NCBI GenBank assembly: GCA_035501555.1
Contig: DATJWA010000013.1
Location: 60,276 to 124,275, forward strand
Direction of reading: 5' to 3'
Length of the DNA: 64,000 bases
From: Thermoplasmata archaeon
Lineage (GTDB): Archaea; Thermoplasmatota; Thermoplasmata; Lutacidiplasmatales; UBA184
Below, piece by piece: positions 40,644-50,656 of this stretch (position 1 is the stretch's first letter; the number at the start of each line of letters is the position of its first letter). A model generated the notes under the pieces. The model saw only the letters and a program-made list of their open reading frames with translations, did no database searches and had not been told where the DNA came from. The translations under genes were made by a program, and so were the position numbers.

Positions 40644-41915
40644 GTGGGCTACGCGTCGGCTCCTCCCCTGTTTCGGGAAGGGAGACCCGCAGGTCGGGCG
40701 GCAGAATTAACGGCGGTCGGGCCGATGTCGGACGGGATGGAAGGGCGTCGAACAAGGAGAAGCCGGTTGGTCGCTCCCCTTCTTCTGGCCGGCACTCTGC
40801 TTCTCCTCTCGACCCTCTTTCTGGGCTGGTACACGATCAACCTGAACTCGGGGACCTCGGTCTACCACGAGACCTTCTACTCGACGGTCGTCCGGCTCTC
40901 GGGCTCCCAAGCGGGAAGTTCCTATTCTAACGCGACCTCCTACGTTTCGGTTTTTCTCGGCGACACCGGCATTCTGTATCTCACCGTCAGCGGGCTGGTG
41001 GTCGCCGGAGTAGTGGTCGGTTTGTTGGCTGTGTACCTCGTCTGGAAAGGGACCACCCAGAGACATCGGAAGCTCGTTCCCACCCTGGTGGCCTTGGTGG
41101 TCGCTTTCGCTCTGGCAGGACCCATGCTAGTTGGAGTGGTCCAGCCCGCAACACTCTGCCAGGGAGGGGGACCCCCGCAGAGTACCCCGCTCGCCGCATC
41201 GTCTCCGAGCCTCATGGCCGGGCCCTCCTCCAGCTGCTCGTGGGTCGTCGCCTCTCCTTCCCAAGGGGGAACCCTTTACGACTCCGGAAATGGTCCAGGG
41301 CCCCAGACTTCCTTCTACGGTTCCTCGAGCGTGGGGGGACAGCCCCTCACCTGGGGACCCTCCATCGGTTGGTTTGTCGCGGTCGTCGCCTCCACTCTCC
41401 TCATCGCGGGGGCTGCCCTCGATCTCCAGCAACTGGGAAGCTCTACGCGCCCTCAACTGGTGAGGGCCCGATTTGCCGCCCAGACCGGTCTGGCATCAGC
41501 TGGGCTCCTGGTGCTTACTGGGCTGCTCCTGTTCTGGTTCGACTCCCCAGCCTGGCCCTCCTACCAAACGATCCCGTGCGGCCTGATGAGCTGCCACCTG
41601 TATCCGTACAGCGAGATGCTCTCCGGATCTCAGGCCTTCGTCTTCGTCTGCCTCGTCGTCGCCCTGGTCGCGGTCGCGGCCCTCCCGAGATTTTGGGCTT
41701 TCGGAATCGGCACCGGAGCCCTCGCCTTGGTGGCCCTCTGGTTGCTGGCGGGCTCGTTCGGAGCCGCCGACACCCCGGGTGGGGCGTACGCCTGGGGGCT
41801 GGGATCCGTGTTCGTCGGCGGAGCTCTAGCGATTGCTGCTTCTATGGTTATCCGACAGACATACCGCCCGAAGCGCGGAGAGACTCGAATGGGAGCCTCA
41901 CCTCAGAGTTCATAG
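40644..41915 (+). CDS. Polytopic membrane protein (unknown)
   Basis: 8+ hydrophobic segments with Ser/Gly/Pro-rich loops. The start is probably downstream (MSDGMEGRR). Confidence 0.4.
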   Translation: MGYASAPPLFREGRPAGRAAELTAVGPMSDGMEGRRTRRSRLVAPLLLAGTLLLLSTLFLGWYTINLNSGTSVYHETFYSTVVRLSGSQAGSSYSNATSYVSVFLGDTGILYLTVSGLVVAGVVVGLLAVYLVWKGTTQRHRKLVPTLVALVVAFALAGPMLVGVVQPATLCQGGGPPQSTPLAASSPSLMAGPSSSCSWVVASPSQGGTLYDSGNGPGPQTSFYGSSSVGGQPLTWGPSIGWFVAVVASTLLIAGAALDLQQLGSSTRPQLVRARFAAQTGLASAGLLVLTGLLLFWFDSPAWPSYQTIPCGLMSCHLYPYSEMLSGSQAFVFVCLVVALVAVAALPRFWAFGIGTGALALVALWLLAGSFGAADTPGGAYAWGLGSVFVGGALAIAASMVIRQTYRPKRGETRMGASPQSS

Positions 41916-42450
41916 CGCCCTGAACCGGTTGCGTCCTCCTTCCACTCTGCCCCGGCCTCCCTCGGTGACCCAAACGCGCAGCGAACGCGCCCAACGGAGG
42001 GCCGGTGGATCTCGACCCCGAACGGGGCGAGCGCGGCGAGACGAATCCATAAGCCGAAGGTGTTCCGACACCTCCCCGCAGGGCAGCACCGCTGGACAGC
42101 TATCACTGCGGCCGTGGCCGAGTGGGTCGCTCGGGTCTATCGACATGGGAAGGGGTACCGGGTCGTGGTGGAGGGCCTCCTCGATTTCGACGCTGATCAG
42201 CTGGAGGGGATTGAGGAGCAGACCGCCGCGGCGATTTTGGCGCGGCTCCGGACGTCCTATCCGTCACGTGCTAAGCCATGGAGGGACGCCACCGCAGAGC
42301 GAGTCATGGAGTTCGAGGTGGCGGTTCAACGGGTCCCGGCAGACACGTCGGACTGCGAACCAACAGCGTGACTGATGCCTCCGCTCAACGCGGCCGGCAC
42401 GACGCGCCACGGAACCTCCGTGCGGTCGGTGCGCAATAGTACAAGCCACC

Positions 42451-42750
42451 TTGGGCACTTATCCATGGGGGCCCGTTTCCATGCGGTCGGAGATGAGTCA
42501 AGCCACGGCGTTGCTCGTTCTTGTCTGCTTGATCATCGGGACGGTACTGGTGGTGACTGCTGACGAGGTCTTCCGTACCCCCACCTCCTGCGTGAGCCTG
42601 GAGGGGACGTGCACGCCTCCCCCCCTTCCATGGTCGACTCTAGTGGTGGCCGGCGTTTTCCTCGCGATTGGGATCGCTTCGTTCGCGGTGGGCGCACTTA
42701 ACCTGCTACGCTGCGTCCCTCGCATTCGCAAGGCCTCCGGGCAACCCTAG
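42451..42750 (+). CDS. Small 2-TM protein (unknown)
   Basis: 99 aa with two hydrophobic helices and a Cys/Pro-rich loop. Coding status uncertain. Confidence 0.3.
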   Translation: MGTYPWGPVSMRSEMSQATALLVLVCLIIGTVLVVTADEVFRTPTSCVSLEGTCTPPPLPWSTLVVAGVFLAIGIASFAVGALNLLRCVPRIRKASGQP

Positions 42751-42969
42751 CGGACTCCCCCGGGGTCGCCCTCGTGCGAGCGCCACCGACCGTCCCGGGA
42801 GTTCGTCAAGCGTGATGGATTGGGACCTCTGTATTGGGCCAGAAGCGGAGCGCCTTTCGTCCCGGCCTCCGGTCGATACGAAGGCCTTTCTCGCGAGCCA
42901 TTGCGAGGAGCGCGTCGAACGCCTCGGGAGTCAGGGGTGGCTTAATCTAACGGAGGTCGGTCTCGGGTC

Positions 42970-44910
42970 GTGGCCACCACCCGACGGCTCGCCGCCATCA
43001 TGTTCACCGACACGGTCGGCTACACCGCGGCGACCCAAGCCGACGAGGGGCGCACCCTCGACCTGCTCCGCCAGCAGGCGGAGCTGGTCCGGCCCCTGGT
43101 CGCCGTGCACCAGGGGAGAGAAATCAAGTCGACCGGGGATGGCTTCCTGGTCGAATTCGACAGCGCGCTGAAGGCCACGCAATGTGCGGTGAGCATCCAG
43201 CGGCGCATTCACGAGAGGAATGCGGAGGGAGGTCTCGCGCCCATTCGAATCCGGATCGGCATTCACCTCGGGGACGTCGTACAGAGTGGCGCGGACATCC
43301 TGGGTGACGCGGTGAACATCGCCGCCCGTATCGAACCGATCGCAGAGCCCGGAGGAATCTGCGTATCCGGCGCAGTCCAGGAGCAGGTACGGAACAAAAT
43401 CCCCGACAGACTCGAGAAGCTAGCACCGACGGCCTTCAAGGGGCTTGAGCTACCCATGGATGTCTATCGGCTCGTATTGCCGTGGACCGTCGGCGAGCGG
43501 GCTTCCGAGGACCACGGTGCCTCCCCGACCGACAAGAACCGGATCGCCGTTCTGCCGTTCGTGAGCATGAGCCCGGACCCGAACGACGAGTACTTTGCCG
43601 ATGGCCTTACCGAGGAGCTGATCGCCAACCTGGCGCTCGTCAAGGGGCTCAAGGTGATCGCCCGAACGTCGGTGATGGAGTACAAGAGGAAGGAGAAGCA
43701 CGTCTCGGCGATCGGAAAGGAGTTGGGGGTAGGGACCGTCGTGGAAGGCAGCGTTCGGAAAGCCGCGAACCGGATCCGCGTCACGGTACAGGTCATCGAC
43801 GTCGCGACCGAGGAGCATCTGTGGGCTTCGAAGTACGATGACACGCTCGACGACATCTTTGCGGTGCAGAGCGACATCGCGACGAAGGTCGCCGCGTCGC
43901 TCCCGAGCAATCTGGCTCCCACTCCGGCCCAGGTGCCGCCGCTCCAGGAGACCCGAGATATGCCGGCGTATCTCCATTTTCTCCAAGGGCAGGCCCTCGT
44001 TTGGCAGCGCGAGGAGGTCCCCATCCGACAGGCCCTGCGTTTCTTCGAGCAGGCGGTCGAACGCGACCCGAGCTTTTCCAGGGCCTACGCCAGCATCGCC
44101 CGGGCCTACAAACAGCTCGGTGAGGAGGGACTCATCTCCTGGTCCGAGGCGATCGTTCAAGGGAAGGCGGCGGCCGAGAGGGCCATCCGGATCAATCCCA
44201 ACTTGGCGGAGGCCCACGCCATGTTGGCGGAGCTGTCGTTCATGGCGGACGACCCCACCGAGTTGCAGGAGAGAGAGGCGAGGAAGGCCCTGGAGCTGAA
44301 CCCGAATCTCGCCGAGGCCCACGATATCCTGGGCCAGATCGCGGGAATCAAAGGAGACCTACGCTCGTACGTCCGATACATCGAGGAGGCGTATCGGTTG
44401 GACCCGCTCTCTCCGCCGTCGATACGGTACCTCGGAAGGGCGTACTGGCTGGCGGGCCGGGAGGAGGAGGCCCTGGAGCACTGGAAGAAGACGCTGCATC
44501 TCGACCCGATTACTTCCTACCACGGCCTGAGCGACTACTACATTGCCAAGGGGGACCTCGAAAAGGCGGCCGAGATGACGAAAGAGATGGAGAGAATCGC
44601 GCCGACGAATCGACTCACCTACCTGAAGCGCGGGTACCTCGCTGCCCTGCGGGGAGACCGGACGACCGCGATGGAGATGATCGCCAAGCTCGACGCGGCT
44701 CACGACAAAGGCTGGGTAACGTCCCCGTACGCCGGATTCATCTATCTCGCTCTCGGAGACCTAGACAAATTCTTCGACTACATGTTCGCCGCCGTCAAGA
44801 CCCACACACTCCCTTTGAGCACCCTCCTGTTCTCTCCTCTCTTCGTCGACGCACGGAAGGACCCCCGATTCGAACAGGTGGTTTCGCTCGACCGTCAGCT
44901 CAATCCGTGA
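42970..44910 (+). CDS. Class III nucleotidyl cyclase (CHD) - TolB_N-like - TPR multidomain protein
   Basis: CHD motifs FTDTVGYT, KSTGDGF and GDAVNIAARIE. A TolB-N-like segment (IAVLPFVSMS..EYFADGLTEEL...GSVRKA.NRIRV), then 6+ TPR/Sel1-like repeats. 646 aa. Confidence 0.8.
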   Translation: MATTRRLAAIMFTDTVGYTAATQADEGRTLDLLRQQAELVRPLVAVHQGREIKSTGDGFLVEFDSALKATQCAVSIQRRIHERNAEGGLAPIRIRIGIHLGDVVQSGADILGDAVNIAARIEPIAEPGGICVSGAVQEQVRNKIPDRLEKLAPTAFKGLELPMDVYRLVLPWTVGERASEDHGASPTDKNRIAVLPFVSMSPDPNDEYFADGLTEELIANLALVKGLKVIARTSVMEYKRKEKHVSAIGKELGVGTVVEGSVRKAANRIRVTVQVIDVATEEHLWASKYDDTLDDIFAVQSDIATKVAASLPSNLAPTPAQVPPLQETRDMPAYLHFLQGQALVWQREEVPIRQALRFFEQAVERDPSFSRAYASIARAYKQLGEEGLISWSEAIVQGKAAAERAIRINPNLAEAHAMLAELSFMADDPTELQEREARKALELNPNLAEAHDILGQIAGIKGDLRSYVRYIEEAYRLDPLSPPSIRYLGRAYWLAGREEEALEHWKKTLHLDPITSYHGLSDYYIAKGDLEKAAEMTKEMERIAPTNRLTYLKRGYLAALRGDRTTAMEMIAKLDAAHDKGWVTSPYAGFIYLALGDLDKFFDYMFAAVKTHTLPLSTLLFSPLFVDARKDPRFEQVVSLDRQLNP

Positions 44911-45110
44911 GGATGTGCTGGTCGCTCTCGGTGCCCCCCTTCAGCTCAAGATGTAGACCCCGATCGAGGGTTCAGCCAAACGATCCGGATCTCGGAGTGG
45001 GGCGAGAGAGCGGTCCCACCAGGGCTTGTGGAAGTCGAGCCAAGTCAGGCCGCGCAGCCGCCTGCGCTCCGCTTGAGGTAGCCCCCCTCGGCCGGGTTGC
45101 GAGCGGATGG

Positions 45111-45845
45111 CTACGCCCGTCCCTTGGAGGGAGGCGGCAGGAATTTCTCTAAGATTGCTGCAATGGGTTGAACGTCCCTCAGCTGATGGGCCTTTCCCGC
45201 CGCGAGCGGCCCAGCGGAGATGCCTCTCTCGCACTGGACGGTCGCGTCTCGCCAGTCGGTCGGGCTGTGTCCCTCGACGTGGAGAATCACATCGAATATC
45301 GATGTGTGGGTGGTAGGTGCTTCGGCCCACAGGGCTACCTGGCAGGTTCCGGATTCCAGCATCGCACGCATCAGAGGAGCAATTCGCTCGGGGGAGTATA
45401 CCGTGGCAAGGCGTTGGGCGTTCGCCGTTACAAGAATCGACGGTGCGTCCACCCGACCCGTGGCCGAGATCAGCTTCTGGGCGTGCGAAGGCATGCGAAG
45501 AAACTCCACGAGGCCTTGAATCGAATGCGAGGGCTCATCGGACCTGAGCATGGTCGCCGCAGCCCCCTCCGCCCGCTGGGCCTGGATGTCGTCCGGCTGC
45601 AGCTCACGGGGGGAGAGGACGTAGACCGAGTCTTCGGGAACCGCGTGAACGGTCATGGGGTCGAGAGGGTCGAGAATCTCTCCCGGGAGCCGAACGTCGG
45701 TCCAGTAGACCCGCGAGCCAAAAGGGGCGAGAGCAGCGAACGCGAACCACTTCAGCAACGATCGGCTGGTCCCCGCGATGAAGACGGAGGACGGCTTCCC
45801 GAAGACGCCGGGGAAAAGTTCGACGGTCGGTGGCGCCCCCCCCAC
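45111..45845 (-). CDS. Hypothetical protein, possibly degenerate RecA/KaiC-like fold
   Basis: Spacing resembles the KaiC/RadB core (GV.G....VFIAGTSRS..., SVYVLS.EL), but no intact Walker A. Weak assignment. Confidence 0.3.
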   Translation of the reverse strand: MGGAPPTVELFPGVFGKPSSVFIAGTSRSLLKWFAFAALAPFGSRVYWTDVRLPGEILDPLDPMTVHAVPEDSVYVLSPRELQPDDIQAQRAEGAAATMLRSDEPSHSIQGLVEFLRMPSHAQKLISATGRVDAPSILVTANAQRLATVYSPERIAPLMRAMLESGTCQVALWAEAPTTHTSIFDVILHVEGHSPTDWRDATVQCERGISAGPLAAGKAHQLRDVQPIAAILEKFLPPPSKGRA

Positions 45846-46065
45846 AGACAGTCAGAACTGCCATCTCCCCTTAAGAACCTGACCGCCGCCCCACGGAGGC
45901 GCGACTCCCTCCGGGGGAGAGCGCGCCGGGTCAACGCTCCCTTTCAACCGTCGCCTTGAACGGTCTGTCCAACCCCTCTCGACGGCTGATTCCCCACCGG
46001 CGGCTCGACCGCGAGTGGCTGGGGGGTGATCAATCGGGAAGACTGGTGCTCGGTCTCCGGTCAAC

Positions 46066-47415
46066 TCAGAGGCCGACAAGGAGAAACACGAACAGCAACG
46101 CGAGCGTGATCGCCGTGAGGGGAAGACCCACTCGTACGAACGATCGGAGGCCGATGCGTACGCCCGCTCGCTCCGCCTGCTGGACCACGATCAGATTGCT
46201 CGCCGCCCCGAGAAGGGTGAGGTTGCCGGCCAGGGTGCTGCCACCGGCCAGCGCCACCCACACCAACGGCGTTCCGGCACCATATCCGACCGACCGAAGT
46301 ATCGGAATCTGAAGCGCCACCCAGGGAACATTGCTGACGAGCTGAGAGCCTCCCAGACTTGTCAGCAGGATGGCTCCGAGCGCCGTGACGGGGTGAGCCG
46401 GACCAGGGACGGGCAGGATTCCCTCGATCGCGGAGAGCACCCCGCCGTTGGAGGCTCCAGCCACCACGACGAACAGGGCGCCGAAGAGTACCAGGATCGA
46501 CCAATCCACCCGGCCGAACAGTTCCGAGCGACCGGGGCTTGCCACCAGCGTGACGATCGCCCCCCCGAGCGCAATCAGATACAGCGGGGCGGCAGGGCCT
46601 CCGGTGACGGCCGCGACAACGTCCACGGTGATCAGGGCGAGGATGGTTACCGGGAAGACGACCAGGGTAGGGTACCGCCGGGCCAGAGGAAGGATAGGGG
46701 TACTCGGGAAGAGTCGTGGGCGGGCCACCGGGGGGCCCTCGGTGGACCCCGACTCCTGAGCGATCCGACGGCCGTACACCCGTCGGAGGTAGAGCCCGCC
46801 CACGAGCAGGTTCACGAGGGTTGGGAGGAGCAGGTACCGGAGGAAGGTCGCCAGCGGAGAGCTGAGTCCGCTCCCCAGGGACACCAACAGGTTTTGTGGG
46901 TTCCCGAACGGCGTGGCGACGCTCCCGACCGTTACCGAGAATGCGAGGGTGAGGAGAAGCGGCTCCGCGGAAACGCGCATCCGACGGGCGAGGGCGAACA
47001 GGAGCGGGACCCCCACTAGGACCAACGCGTCGTTCAGGACGAACGCGGAGAGGATTCCGATCGCCACGAACAGGACGAACGGGACATCGGCCGGCCTTCG
47101 TGCCGTCCCGAGCACCCAGAGCGCGAGATGGTCGAGGGCGCCGGCCTGTTCGAGCCCGGCGGCGAACAAGAACAGGGCAAACAGGAAGATCAGGATGGAG
47201 AGGTTCGACCCGACTGCGGCGGACGCCGCCGAGATCGGAAGAACTCCGCTGGCCACCATGAGGAAGGCCCCGACGAGGAACACCACCCATATCGGTGGAC
47301 CACGCCGGAGGAGTTGTCGGGCGATGACCGCGCCCACGGTCGCGCCGAGAATCCCTGCCGCGATCGCGTCCACCTCTGGGCCCCCGGGTGAGGCAACCGC
47401 AATCGGGTGAGCCAC
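46066..47415 (-). CDS. ArsB/NhaD-superfamily anion permease
   Basis: 12+ TM helices, with the TPFGNPQNLLV motif typical of ArsB_NhaD/CitMHS permeases. Confidence 0.7.
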   Translation of the reverse strand: MAHPIAVASPGGPEVDAIAAGILGATVGAVIARQLLRRGPPIWVVFLVGAFLMVASGVLPISAASAAVGSNLSILIFLFALFLFAAGLEQAGALDHLALWVLGTARRPADVPFVLFVAIGILSAFVLNDALVLVGVPLLFALARRMRVSAEPLLLTLAFSVTVGSVATPFGNPQNLLVSLGSGLSSPLATFLRYLLLPTLVNLLVGGLYLRRVYGRRIAQESGSTEGPPVARPRLFPSTPILPLARRYPTLVVFPVTILALITVDVVAAVTGGPAAPLYLIALGGAIVTLVASPGRSELFGRVDWSILVLFGALFVVVAGASNGGVLSAIEGILPVPGPAHPVTALGAILLTSLGGSQLVSNVPWVALQIPILRSVGYGAGTPLVWVALAGGSTLAGNLTLLGAASNLIVVQQAERAGVRIGLRSFVRVGLPLTAITLALLFVFLLVGL

Positions 47416-47894
47416 TAAAGATTCTCGAAGCCCAGCCGAGTTCGGTCGCCCCGAGGCGCACTTTGCAGGATCGATCGGGGGCGGTGGGCGATCCCCACCC
47501 GACTCCTAGTGGATGGATGCGCCCCGGGAGCTCCGCGCTCCACCGGGGATGTCCTCTCGGAACATGTCGGCGGACGGGGCGCCGAGGCCTGGGATCCCCC
47601 GGGAATTCGATTCCGCCGCCGATCAGGGCTGAACGCGGGAACCCACGGGTTCGGCGACTGGTCCTAGTCCCGGCGGCCTGACGGTCGGTCCACCTGGCCC
47701 GAAGGCCTTCGCGCCGATTCGCACGGGATGGAATAAGCGGTGCTTCAAGCCCCTCCCGCGGAGATGTGTCCGCCCGCCCCGATGCTCCCGTCCGCTGCAG
47801 GTCCTCCCCTGGGCGGGGTCGGTCCTTATGGGGGGGATGCAGCGTGGACTTTGAGGCCTCGTTCGGACTTTCGAATGTGGTGGGAGAGCGAAAG

Positions 47895-48629
47895 ATGAGC
47901 CGAACCCGGCCCCTCATGTTCCATCGGCTGGCCCCGTACTATGACCACCTGGTCGGGACCAAGGATTACAGGTCGGAATCTAGGTTCCTCGAATCCCTCG
48001 CGCGAAGGCTCGTTCGTTCCCGAGGGCGAGCCTGGCTGGACGTGGCGTGCGGGACCGGAAGACATCTGAGCTTCCTCCGCCGACACTACACGATTACCGG
48101 GGTCGACGTGAGCCGCGAGATGCTCCGGCTGGCCCGACGTCGTCTTCCCCGAACCCGCTTGGTTCGCGGGGACATGAGGAGCTTCCATCTGGACGAGAGG
48201 TTCGACGTGATCAGCTGCCTGTACAGTGCGATAGCCCACCTGAGGACGGAACGGGACCTCGAAGCGACCTTGGTGAATCTTGCTCGCCACCTGAAGCCAG
48301 GCGGCGTCGTGATCATCGAGCCGTGGATCGACCCCGCGGACTTTCGGCAAGGGTTTGTTCACCTGCTCACTCACACCACCCGCTCGGTCACGGTCGCCCG
48401 CATGGCCTTCTCCTCCCGTCGGGGGAGGCGCTCGGCGGTCCACTACCACTATCTGATCGGTCGGCCGGGTCGTCGGGTCGCGCATTTCGAGGAGGTGGAC
48501 ATCGGACTCCTGGTGCCTCGAAGACGCCTGCTGAAACTCATGCGGCGCACCGGCCTGACCGCGCGCTTCCTGAAACGGGGGCTTCCCTCCGGTCGGGGCT
48601 TGCTGCTGGGACTCAAGGGCCCCAGGTAG
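47895..48629 (+). CDS. Class I SAM-dependent methyltransferase
   Basis: LDVACGTGRH (motif I) and DVISCL (motif II). Start at ATG 47895; the ORF track begins earlier without support. Confidence 0.7.
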   Translation: MSRTRPLMFHRLAPYYDHLVGTKDYRSESRFLESLARRLVRSRGRAWLDVACGTGRHLSFLRRHYTITGVDVSREMLRLARRRLPRTRLVRGDMRSFHLDERFDVISCLYSAIAHLRTERDLEATLVNLARHLKPGGVVIIEPWIDPADFRQGFVHLLTHTTRSVTVARMAFSSRRGRRSAVHYHYLIGRPGRRVAHFEEVDIGLLVPRRRLLKLMRRTGLTARFLKRGLPSGRGLLLGLKGPR

Positions 48630-48852
48630 CCTGGCACAGTGCATTCTCCCTGCGCTCCCGACCTCGATGGTCCCGGGACGTGCGAGGCACGCATTCGAGC
48701 CCAGGTCCCACTCGCTCCCGAGGAGGGTCCACCGGAGTTCTCTTTCCGGTCCGAGCCTCGCTCCGTCCGAGCCACCCCGCTGCCCGATCTGCTCTCGGCC
48801 GGGCCCGGATTCCCGTGGGGGTGGCGAAAATGGGAGCCAACTCAGTCGGTGG

Positions 48853-49386
48853 TCATGCGATAGCGCGCGTTCGGGCGAGGTCGATGGCGGGAGGCTGTAC
48901 ATCCATCTGCCAGAGCAATGCGTTGAGCTCGCCTTTGTGCTCCAGGTCCCCTTCGATCATCTGCAGGAGCATCGAGCGGATCGTGATGGACCGGCGGTCG
49001 ACCTGGATGAAGAACTTCCGGTCCAGGTCCTCGGGCACCAGTCGCCTCAGGAAGCTACTCACAAGCCGGTCCACGTCGCGCGTGGCCCGTTCGGCCTCGG
49101 CGCGGCTGAGCCGGGTGCCGAGAGGGAATTCCTCGAACGACCTACCGGTGTAGGCCGTGATGAACCAGAACCGGTAGTCGTCCAGAATGTGAAGGTACAG
49201 GTCGACGAGCGAGGGGAAGGTGGACCTGCGGTCCCGGTACCGCTCCTTGACGGGAAGGCTCCAAATCGTGCGAAGATAGCTCCGGAGCTTCTTGAAATGG
49301 TACCGGTACACGGCTCGGAACAGCTCTAGCTCGGTCGTCATGGTTGCCGGAGCGTGAGCCGGTCCGGTCCTATGTCGTTTCGGCAA
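48853..49386 (-). CDS. DinB/YfiT-like (DinB_2) four-helix-bundle protein
   Basis: Helical protein with conserved His/Asp/Glu spacing (HILDDYRFW, EGDLEHKGEL). Alternative start at MTTELELF. Confidence 0.5.
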   Translation of the reverse strand: MPKRHRTGPAHAPATMTTELELFRAVYRYHFKKLRSYLRTIWSLPVKERYRDRRSTFPSLVDLYLHILDDYRFWFITAYTGRSFEEFPLGTRLSRAEAERATRDVDRLVSSFLRRLVPEDLDRKFFIQVDRRSITIRSMLLQMIEGDLEHKGELNALLWQMDVQPPAIDLARTRAIA

Positions 49387-49424
49387 CCGTGGAGGGCGTC
49401 GACGAAGCCCCGTGGCGCCCGGGC

Positions 49425-49838
49425 CTAGGACTCGTTCCCTCCACTCGTGGCCGGGCGGACCGGTGGAGCAGAGGCGGCCCCTCCCTTGGCTCGGGCCGCG
49501 GTGATCGCAGCGACCACCGGGCTCGACGGGGTTTCTCGGTTCAGGATGAAGCGGTGTCCATCGACCTCTACTCCTGGGATCGGCATCTGGTCGCCGTACC
49601 CGATGCGAATGTGGAACTGACAGGCGGAGACCGTTCGAACCTGGCCCAGCTGCACCGACACGTCGGGCGGGAGGATTGGGGCCCGGCCGCGGAGCAGCCC
49701 GCTGTGCCGGTAGAAGAGCACCCGTCGGTCTGTCAAGACCAGCCAGCCCGGAACCCCCTTCGCGCCGGCCGTTCGGACCGACTCGGCCGGCCAGCTTGCT
49801 ATCTCGGTCTCGCCGACCTCAAGTTCAAACTGCGTCAC
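49425..49838 (-). CDS. Bacterial PH-like domain protein (unknown)
   Basis: GWLVLTDRRVLFY motif resembling the bPH/GRAM fold. Confidence 0.35.
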   Translation of the reverse strand: MTQFELEVGETEIASWPAESVRTAGAKGVPGWLVLTDRRVLFYRHSGLLRGRAPILPPDVSVQLGQVRTVSACQFHIRIGYGDQMPIPGVEVDGHRFILNRETPSSPVVAAITAARAKGGAASAPPVRPATSGGNES

Positions 49839-49900
49839 GCGACCTCTGCCTGGGGGCCGGCCAACGCCGGCACGACCTTGAGTCCGTCGTGCTCCCCCGG

Positions 49901-50656
49901 TCAGGCCGAGGTCAGCGGCACCAGGGAGACCTGGAGGGCAGACTCCGCGAGGCGTTTGTCGATCCGAGTCAGCGCCTCGGAGACTGTGGACTTGCTCCGA
50001 CCGAGGTGGCTGGCGAGGCCCGACACGGAGGTCCGTCGTGGCACGTCGTAGTACCCAAGGTCCATCGCGGCGCGGAAGATCACCTCCTGGGCATGGCTAA
50101 GCCCGAGACTTCCCAAGGTGACCGGTCCGCGGCGAACCGCCTCGACATGGCTCGGGCCAACTCGGCGTCGCAGTCCCTCGAGCGCCTGTTGGATTTCGTC
50201 AGCAGTCCCGACGGTCTCGAATCTGACCCACCCCCCCTCGATGACGAGGGGGTATCGGGTCAACACGCGGTGCCGGCGAATGACGTCAAAGACGACGGGC
50301 GTGGATGCGACGAGCAGATACACGGCCGCGTCGGGCCCCTGCGCATGCACCTCGACGTCGCTCACCTCGGGGTAGCGCCGGACCTCCTCCAGCAGGTCCG
50401 GCGCCCCGGGGCCGAAGACCGCGATTTCGAGCAGCACATTCCGCGCATCGAGCTCCATGCGGTTGCGGATCTCGACCCTCAGGTCCGGATGAGCGGCGTT
50501 GAACCTCGGTCCCATCGCATTCGGCGGCAGCTGGATCGCGAGCCGGTAGGTTCCGAACGGCTGCCCTTGGTGCCGGGCGCGCCTCCGGAGGGAGGCGAGG
50601 CGACGCGCTTGCGCGCGGAGCGCGCCCTCGCCCGCCTTCCGCCGGTACCCGGTCAT
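49901..50656 (-). CDS. HTH_10 (Bat-like) archaeal transcription regulator
   Basis: C-terminal HTH_10 (RAAMDLGYYDVPRRTSVSGLASHLGRSKSTVSEALTRIDKRL). Divergent from the ABC transporter. Confidence 0.65.
   Translation of the reverse strand: MTGYRRKAGEGALRAQARRLASLRRRARHQGQPFGTYRLAIQLPPNAMGPRFNAAHPDLRVEIRNRMELDARNVLLEIAVFGPGAPDLLEEVRRYPEVSDVEVHAQGPDAAVYLLVASTPVVFDVIRRHRVLTRYPLVIEGGWVRFETVGTADEIQQALEGLRRRVGPSHVEAVRRGPVTLGSLGLSHAQEVIFRAAMDLGYYDVPRRTSVSGLASHLGRSKSTVSEALTRIDKRLAESALQVSLVPLTSA

Noticed and set aside
47580-47640. GGGAATTCGATTCCGCC as a possible tRNA T-arm in the long intergenic region
   Set aside because: Flanking sequence cannot form acceptor or anticodon stems on either strand.
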